Shown here: positions 56,243 to 64,000 of the stretch, piece by piece
Layout of the letters: every line of letters starts with the position of its first letter
Position numbering within the stretch: position 1 is the stretch's first letter
Notes under the pieces: model-generated
Told to the model about the DNA's origin: nothing
Databases searched by the model: none
Seen by the model: only the letters and a program-made list of their open reading frames with translations
Assembly: GCA_951406725.2 (NCBI GenBank)
Contig: OX597814.1
Location: 67,580,001-67,644,000, forward strand
Direction of reading: 5' to 3'
Origin: Octopus vulgaris
Lineage: Eukaryota
DNA length: 64,000 bases
Program-made: the position numbers and the translations under genes

Positions 56243-58335
56243 TAAGGGTTATGAATTCTTTGGGATTTCTTTGGAATAACCTTTATTTTAAGTTGTTTTT
56301 TTTAAATGTCACCCCAAACTGAAGAAACTTAACACCACTTATGATCCAAATCATGAAAAAAATCTAGTGGTGTTCATAATGCCTACTCAAGTTTTTGCCA
56401 AACTTGGTGTGCTGACTTAATGTAATGCAGAAGCAGTATATCTCAATTTTCAGCTTTCAAGTTTAAGTAGTTTTGGAGTTATATAGGTTTTAATTTGTTA
56501 CCGCTTAGGCCCTACTTTAGGAAATATCCTCTTCCTCTGTTTGTTATTTCTGTGACGCTAAAAACTTTGACTATGTTAACTGTTTTTCATAATAGTAGGC
56601 TTATCCAACTAGAGTATCTAAAATAATGTCTCATAAGAGAAGTGCTTGTGTCACTCGAAGAAACAAAAAAATATGGACGAAGAATCTCGTGCAATTTCAA
56701 GACTTACATATGAAAAGAAGACCTGTTCGTTTAGAAGAGCATTCTTTGGAAAACAACTTCAGGATACAATGATGCTTCAAAATTGTTGGTCGCTATTTGT
56801 TCTTTGGAGGTAACATCAAAGGAAGGAAAGAAAGAAAGGAAATTCCGGAAAAAGTAAGATTTTATGGCAAAAGAAATTCAATTTACCATATTTATCAATT
56901 CAAGATGTACAAGCAAAAGTAGAAAAGTGCTGAATACCTACGATAAATGTGTAAAACGAGGAAAATACGATTCATTGAAAGAAATTTTCCACATCACAAA
57001 AGAAAACGGTAAATGGCTGTGCAGTGTGGGCAGAAGGTTGTATTATCTTTAAATTGAAAGCAAGGGACAGGTTGGGTATAGAACTGAAAAGGCAGCCAGT
57101 TTCCAAAACTATCCATCTATCCGAAAGACGAAAAGTGTCCTTAATGTCAGCTTCAACTAGAACAACTCCAGTGTCATCGACAACGTCTGAAGCAGAGACT
57201 GAAAGTGAATACGAAGAGTCCAAAGAATCATATGAAGAATCCACACAAACAAGGAGGAAGTATAACAAAACTGGAACTGCAAAAAAGTTAGTAACTTCCA
57301 AGCTATGAACCCAAAAAGCAACAACAGTTTGTCGACAATTAACTCAAAATGGAATCAATGTCGAGACTCCTTCTCGATCTGGTATTTACAGATCGATTAT
57401 CAAAGAAGCTGTTAAACTAAAAAAAAATTAACAAAACAGTACATTTCGAAAACTGGTCACTGCATTTTGATGGTAAACGTATTGATGACCAAGAATACTA
57501 AGTGCTAGTTTTAAAGAATGAACAGGGAGAAGTTAAGTTAAAAGCACTCCAATTACCAAACGGAAAAGCTGATACTGTTGTGAAAGGAATAACAGCTGTT
57601 TTAGATGAACACAATTTATCGAACTGTGTAAATATGATTGTTGCTGATACAACGAATGTGAACACTGGGAAAAGAAATGGCATTGCCATTCAGTTGCAAA
57701 CATTGTTTGCTCAGAAGGGTTGAAAGAACCGCAATTTATTGGTTGTCAGCATCATATCCTTGATAGAGTTCATTGTGTTGTAATGGATAACAAACTTGGA
57801 GAAAAAAAGTCATCTCTCAATATTGAATATACATTCATCCCAGAGCTTTTAAGTAATTACGAAAAACACTAGGTTAATTTCAGCAATGATGAAGAAAAGA
57901 TTACTGAATCAGCAGGATGTCAATATGACAGGAAATTTCTATTTCATTTGACCAGAGTTCTTCGTTTCTTTGAAGAAACCGGAAAATTTCCTACTGTAAA
58001 GTTTCAAAAAATACCCAACTTAAGTTATGCAAGATGGAACTCTCGAGCAATACTAGCTCTTTTGGCATTTATTCTTCTACCAGAGAAAAAAGTTTTGCTT
58101 CTCAATGTTTGTCGATTCATCTCGTACAGCTGGGCAGATTTTTGGTTTACTGACCAAATGCTCAATGCACATGATTATCAGCAGTTATGTGATGGCCTGC
58201 AAGTTCATAAAAAGCATTGTACTCTGTAAAAACCTTTTGGAGTCGAGAACCATCACAACTGAAAATTCCCAGAACAAATCAGAACGCAGAACGGGCAATC
58301 AAGTGCCTTCAAAATCTTTATGATGTTTGTAAAAA
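56243..58335 (+). mobile_element. degenerate hAT-superfamily (hATm-like) transposon
   Basis: LHFDGK, DTTNVNTG, CQHHILD, ARWNSR and NQNAERAIK motifs across frameshifts. Confidence 0.75.
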
Positions 58336-59559
58336 GTCATGCGCAATCCCCCTGTAGAATTTGGAAACTGAGCGTGACTACATAACTTTTTAAGATTGTG
58401 AAAGTCAGACAGCTATGTCAATCGTTTCTCTCTGAAAGAAAATGTTATTTTTGATTGGAGTCACTGCGGGAACTACCTTGGGACACTGTCATTTGTAGTA
58501 CCATCAGATGTGCTCTCAGTTACTCAGGCCGCCATTCTAATTAGCTAGAATGGCTCTACTTATGTATCCCAGACGATCGAGACTGCGAATTTACTGCAAA
58601 CTTGCAATGCAGCTTGTATATAGGCTGAACACCACAAAATGCAATTTAATACCGGAAATTTTCAAGTACTATCAACCCACAATCCATATGCACAGGATCA
58701 GAGGGAATTGCAATCCTAGTCACAGTCAATGTACAACATGAATGTCAGCATGCATAATGATGTATTATTTCGTGTATACACATTACTAAGATAACAACGA
58801 TGAGCAGAAGACTAACAGGATAGAATCTGAAAGCATCTAGCATGACAGAAGACATGCGGGTTGCATGAAAGAATTTTTCCCTTAGCCGTTTGGACTATTG
58901 TTCACAGTTATGGTTACAACGGAAAAAACTATCAAATATTCAACGTTGCAGCACAAAGGAAATTGCCAAAATGCAAAAGTGGATGAGATAAGATAGTATT
59001 CTTTGGAGCAGTTACGGGAAAATTATCAGTGAATTATATATAGGAGGCCCTCGAATTATTGCATAGATGCATAGTGACATGGGTTTATCCCTCATCATCT
59101 AAAGTTAAGACCAAGTACTGCAACCGCTTAGGGTTTAATAGCCTAAAGCTTTTCAATAGTTCAGTAAAAATAAACTGGGAAGTATACATACAGTGAGTAT
59201 AAATGTATTGAAAAACATGTGGATATTTGACATCTTACTGAGATCTACTTGGCTCTTGCACTCATTCCATACTGAATCTAGACGAGGAAGAAACGCAGAT
59301 GAAAGCAATAACTGTAGAGATAGAAATTACGGCGCCAAGGTATAGCCACAAACTAGCTGATGCAATGATTATAACTAATAAAAGAATAACAAAATATGTA
59401 TGTGCATAAGGAGTATATCTGTAGCTATAATCATTTGATACGAACAGAAACCTTTATCTGCTTACATTATAAATCATGCTTTATATCCAGATAGCATTCA
59501 GAAATTCATGTAACACGCGCACGCACATATACGTATATACATACACGTATGTGTGTGTC

Positions 59560-59594
<35 letters not shown>

Positions 59595-60119
59595 TTATAT
59601 ATGCATGTGAGTATACATACATACACGCATGTATAAATATATACATACATAGACGAGTACAATTATATGTGTGTGTATGCGCACGCACGCATGTATGAGT
59701 AAGTGTTGTATATGTGTACGAAGAGAAAAACAATGAAAAACATTTAGCAGCAAACAGAGAAATAAAGGTGGAAGAAGTGATTTAATTGCTCTTATTAATG
59801 TACAAAGATGACATGTCTGTCGTTTATGAACAATAACTACTAAAGCTAGTAGAGAAGGAATGAACGTCTGCCAGAAAATGCACGTCAATAATATATCAAT
59901 CTACTAGCAGGAAAATTCAATTTCTGTTTCTCTGGTGTCATGAAACCGACCATTTAAAAATTTTCCAGGCAATCTTTTATTTTCTTACTGATTTCAGTCC
60001 AATATATTATTGACGAAATTGCACACTACCGTTTGTATATTACTTCGGTAAGATATTGGACATAACGGGCAGAACCTAGCGTTTTTAGTGTATAAACACA
60101 CACACACAAGTATTTATTT

Positions 60120-60169
<50 letters not shown>

Positions 60170-60504
60170 CACCCTCTCCTCACCCCAAAAGGATTAGAAG
60201 GAAAATTATATGGTATAACCTCACCTCTCAGCTTAGAAGTTTCCACCAACGTAGCTAGGGGCTTCTTGCCGTTAATTAAGAAACACTTCCCGAGAGGCCA
60301 TAAGTATCACAAATTCTTCAACCCCCATAATGTCAAAGTAAGCTACTCCTGCTTAGACAACATCGCATCTGATATCGCACGCATCAACAGATGTAAAAAG
60401 GCATCCGAACCACCCCTGACCCCAACCTGCAACTTCCTCTAGAAGGATCCTGCCTCTCAAGGGCCGTACTATACATCCAATGACATTACTAAGAGCTATA
60501 CGGG

Positions 60505-60552
60505 TATATATATACATATACATATGTATATATACATATACATATATATATG

Positions 60553-60601
<49 letters not shown>

Positions 60602-60614
60602 GTATATATATATG

Positions 60615-60670
<56 letters not shown>

Positions 60671-60854
60671 TATATATATGTGTGTATATACATATATATA
60701 TATATATATATATGTACATATATATATGCATGTATATATATATGTGCATATATATATGTATATATATACATACATATATATATGTATATATATATATTGT
60801 CTATATGTATATGTATATGTATATATACGTGGATGTATATGTATACATATGCAC

Positions 60855-60915
<61 letters not shown>
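60505..60915. repeat. compound (TA)n/(TATG)n microsatellite
   Basis: Direct inspection. Confidence 0.9.
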
Positions 60916-60918
<3 letters not shown>

Positions 60919-61065
60919 GTATATAGAAAATACTCTATAATTATACGCATAATTATAATAAGGGGTCAGCTGAGTGCCTCTCCACCTACTGAATTATAAA
61001 TAGACGCTACTACCAGAAAATCTCCGAGACAATAACACACTTTCATTATATATATCTATGTATAT

Positions 61066-61341
61066 ATACCGAAAATATTAGAAATGGCAGCCAAATAGAT
61101 CACCATTTCTCCTACTAGTAAAAGGTCTCCACAAACAAACAGAATTTGCAACCCGTATATGGCAAAGAGAAAGAAAATACCGAAATTCCAGCCTATTTGG
61201 GATTTCCAAATAGGCTGGAATTTCGTTATTTTCTTTCTCTTTGCCATATACGGGTTGCAGATTCTGTTTGTTTGTGGAGACCTTTTTACTAGTAGGAGAA
61301 ATGGTGATCTATTTGGCTGCCATTTCTAATATTTTCGGTAT
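61066..61341. repeat. near-perfect inverted repeat with 135-bp arms
   Basis: Arms 61066-61200 and 61206-61341 with a 5-nt loop; 2 substitutions and 1 indel. Confidence 0.95.
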
Positions 61342-61522
61342 GTGGTTTTGAGCAACTTGTTGCAATTAACCCTTTATTATAATTAATATAATCCTTACCA
61401 AATATGGTCTTTTCCATACCGATAAAACTACTAGGTGAAATTTATTAATTTTATTAAATTAATTATATTTCACCCTTTTTGTATATTGTATGTATATATA
61501 TGTATATATATGTATATATATG

Positions 61523-61611
<89 letters not shown>

Positions 61612-61850
61612 ATTTAGGGTAAAAATTGATATTTATCAATTAGAACCATTGGTCTAGCATATTAAAGAAAGAATCCGAAGATTAAAATATTTATATATAC
61701 CAATTAAGGACTGCACACGAAAAGTGGACAGTCAACATGCTAGATATAGACGTCAAATCGCCATTCTCCACAAAAAGTTTATGTTCTCAGATCAAACTCA
61801 ACAAAACCAAAGCAATAAACAAGTGAAAAATATACGAAATAAATATTTAC

Positions 61851-61915
61851 CCATGTACTAAATTTAGTTTCAGCTGTTATTTTCCGCAAGGAAAAGTGCA
61901 GCATCACCAGCATGG
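61851..61915 (-). ncRNA. inverted copy of the 62178 hammerhead with a core mutation (CUGGUGA)
   Basis: Reverse complement of 62178-62242 except A6->G in the catalytic core. Confidence 0.6.
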
Positions 61916-62177
61916 TCCCATATAAAATATAATTTGCTGGACTAAATGCCAACACGACACCAAAATATCGCGTGCATGGAGTTCGGCCTATTACATTTGA
62001 AATATATATTTCAAATGCCTTTACTTTGGCGCGATGAGACCCGAGAAAACTAGCCTGCAGCTAATAGTTAGCAGCAGTTAATTTATCGGTTAGAGAACAA
62101 AATATTTATAAAATTAAATTTAGGGTAAAAATTGATATTTATCAATTAGAACCAGTGGTCTAGCATATTATATGGGA

Positions 62178-62242
62178 CCATGCTGATGATGCTGCACTTT
62201 TCCTTGCGGAAAATAACAGCTGAAACTAAATTTAGTACATGG
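62178..62242 (+). ncRNA. type I hammerhead ribozyme (Penelope pLTR-type)
   Basis: ccatg-CTGATGA-t-gctg...cagc-t-GAAA-ctaaatttag-TA^-catgg. Palindromic stem III, GUA site. Confidence 0.75.
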
Positions 62243-62391
62243 GTAAATATTTATTTCGTATATTTTTCACTTGTTTATTGCTTTGGTTTTGTTGAGTTTG
62301 ATCTGAGAACATAAACTTTTTGTGGAGAATGGCGATTTGACGTCTATATCTAGCATGTTGACTGTCCACTTTTCGTGTGCAGTCCTTAATT

Positions 62392-62438
<47 letters not shown>

Positions 62439-62465
62439 AAATAAAAACATGATGCCAAGGATTCA

Positions 62466-62543
62466 GCGGTACATATGTTTCGGGCCTTTATTAGACGGAT
62501 TTATAACAATGCATAATGTCTGTCAATGGCCTTCTTCAGCCGC
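62466..62543 (-). ncRNA. type I hammerhead ribozyme
   Basis: gcgg-CTGAAGA-a-ggcc...ggcc-c-GAAA-catatg-TA^-ccgc. Palindromic minimal stem III. Confidence 0.7.
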
Positions 62544-63279
62544 GTACAATTACTACTTCAAGGACATGTATTACATTATAAGTTTTACGTTGGGGATGCA
62601 AATCCTCACAGTCGCGTACGACAGAGTGGGGCACCAGCACAAAAACGAAGCGTCCATCTCGTCTTTCACTCGATGTAGAATGAGGAAGTTTGGATGTTGA
62701 GATAGAGAGGGAAGGGGTTGGTGGGGTTGAGTCTTTAGGGAGTTGGGGATCACAAAGAGGGAGGGTGGTGGATGCAAAAGGTAGTAAAAGAGCAAAAATT
62801 TCAAAAGAGTAAAAATTTAAAAAATATATAAAAAAGATATAAGAATATAAAAAAATATAAGAATATAAAAAACATATAAGAATATAAAAAGAGTATCTAA
62901 GTATATAAATATATAAATCAGTATATTGTTGGCATCCTTTCTGTCTCGGGAGACAATGGAGTATATAAATATATAAATATATAAATAAATAAGTAAGTAA
63001 ATATATAAATACACACAGACGTGAAAGAAACATGGTAATATAAATAAATAGAGATAAAGATAAATAAGCGAGAGCTAAGGACGAAAGATAAAAAAAAATA
63101 ACAATATAAAAAAATATAAAAAATAAAAAATATATAAGGATAGGGGATATAAAGGGGTTAAGAACTAACAAGGTGGTCAGAAAGATGACATATTCCGGCT
63201 GTAGAAGCCTACAGGCGTAATGGCGGGTGTCATAAATCAACTAGAATGTCCGGAGATCAAGTATATGGTTAATTATGGT

Positions 63280-63344
<65 letters not shown>

Positions 63345-64000
63345 CTATATACATCTACATATATATTTATATGCATGTATGTATATATATATTGTTACGC
63401 CACACGCAAGCCCTAAGGCCTTCCGATACCACCCCAGGGCCCTCAATCCGGGAACAGCCCGCTTGCGACGGCGACAGTGCTCAGTAAACTGGAAATCCAC
63501 CACGGAAGGGGGGAGGCAGCGAATGCACCCAGGACCAAGAACAACAGCAACAACAAAAGAAAGAGACATACACGGGCGGAGGTTGCGCAATTCAACAATT
63601 TTTTTTTAACAAAACCAAAGCATTAACAACATAATACAGAGTTCGAAAAACAAATCATTTGCATTTAAACATAATACAGAGTTCGAAAACAAAGCAAATC
63701 ATTTACATTTAAACACAATGCGGAGTACCTTCCCCTTTTGAATACAACAGTTCTCAAAAAGTTCCACTTTTCTCCTCTTTCTTTTATTTTAAAAATAGCC
63801 AACAACACGCTCTTTTTTCTCTTTTCTTTCTCTTTCTTTTTTTTTAACATTTACAAGTTGTTGTTTTTTCTTCCTTTTCTTTTCAACAGTTTACGCCAGA
63901 GTCCTTTTTTTCAAGATTCATTTCAACAACACATCGTCTCTTAGCTTCTCTTTTTTTTTTAACATTTGATACAATACAGTTCAATTTTTCAAGATAAATC

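Larger units (their letters stand above)
61603..62400. mobile_element. Penelope-type partial-tandem/inverted pLTR structure
   Basis: Direct repeat 61603-61663 / 62109-62170 and a ~230-bp inverted repeat 61692-61924 / 62169-62400, with a hammerhead in each arm; embedded in (TA)n. Confidence 0.75.

Noticed and set aside
60353-60999. Long ORFs of [12 protein letters not shown]/poly-L/poly-I type here and throughout the window
   Set aside because: They are translations of (TA)n, (TG)n, (TATG)n and (TTA)n microsatellites, not genes.
62536-63240. 234-aa hydrophobic ORF as a membrane protein
   Set aside because: It derives from AT-rich low-complexity repeats within a repeat element.

Overview
This is AT-rich animal genomic DNA dense in microsatellites and transposons. 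The repeat landscape suggests an octopod cephalopod (inference). Two spliced host genes face each other: a calmodulin-like four-EF-hand gene on + (exons 4654-19014) and a two-exon rhodopsin-class peptide-type GPCR on - (51328-36475). The rest is mariner/Tc1, Merlin, hAT and Helitron remnants, an L1/Tx1-type LINE fragment, a head-to-tail stack of (TAA)n-associated R4/Dong-like LINEs, tRNA-derived SINEs, and Penelope-like fragments carrying several hammerhead ribozyme motifs. The most striking observation is a repeat family present twice (15538-15598 + and 55902-55962 -). Both copies contain a hammerhead core whose three strands are in a non-circularly permuted (pseudoknotted) order, with compensatory base-pair changes between the copies.
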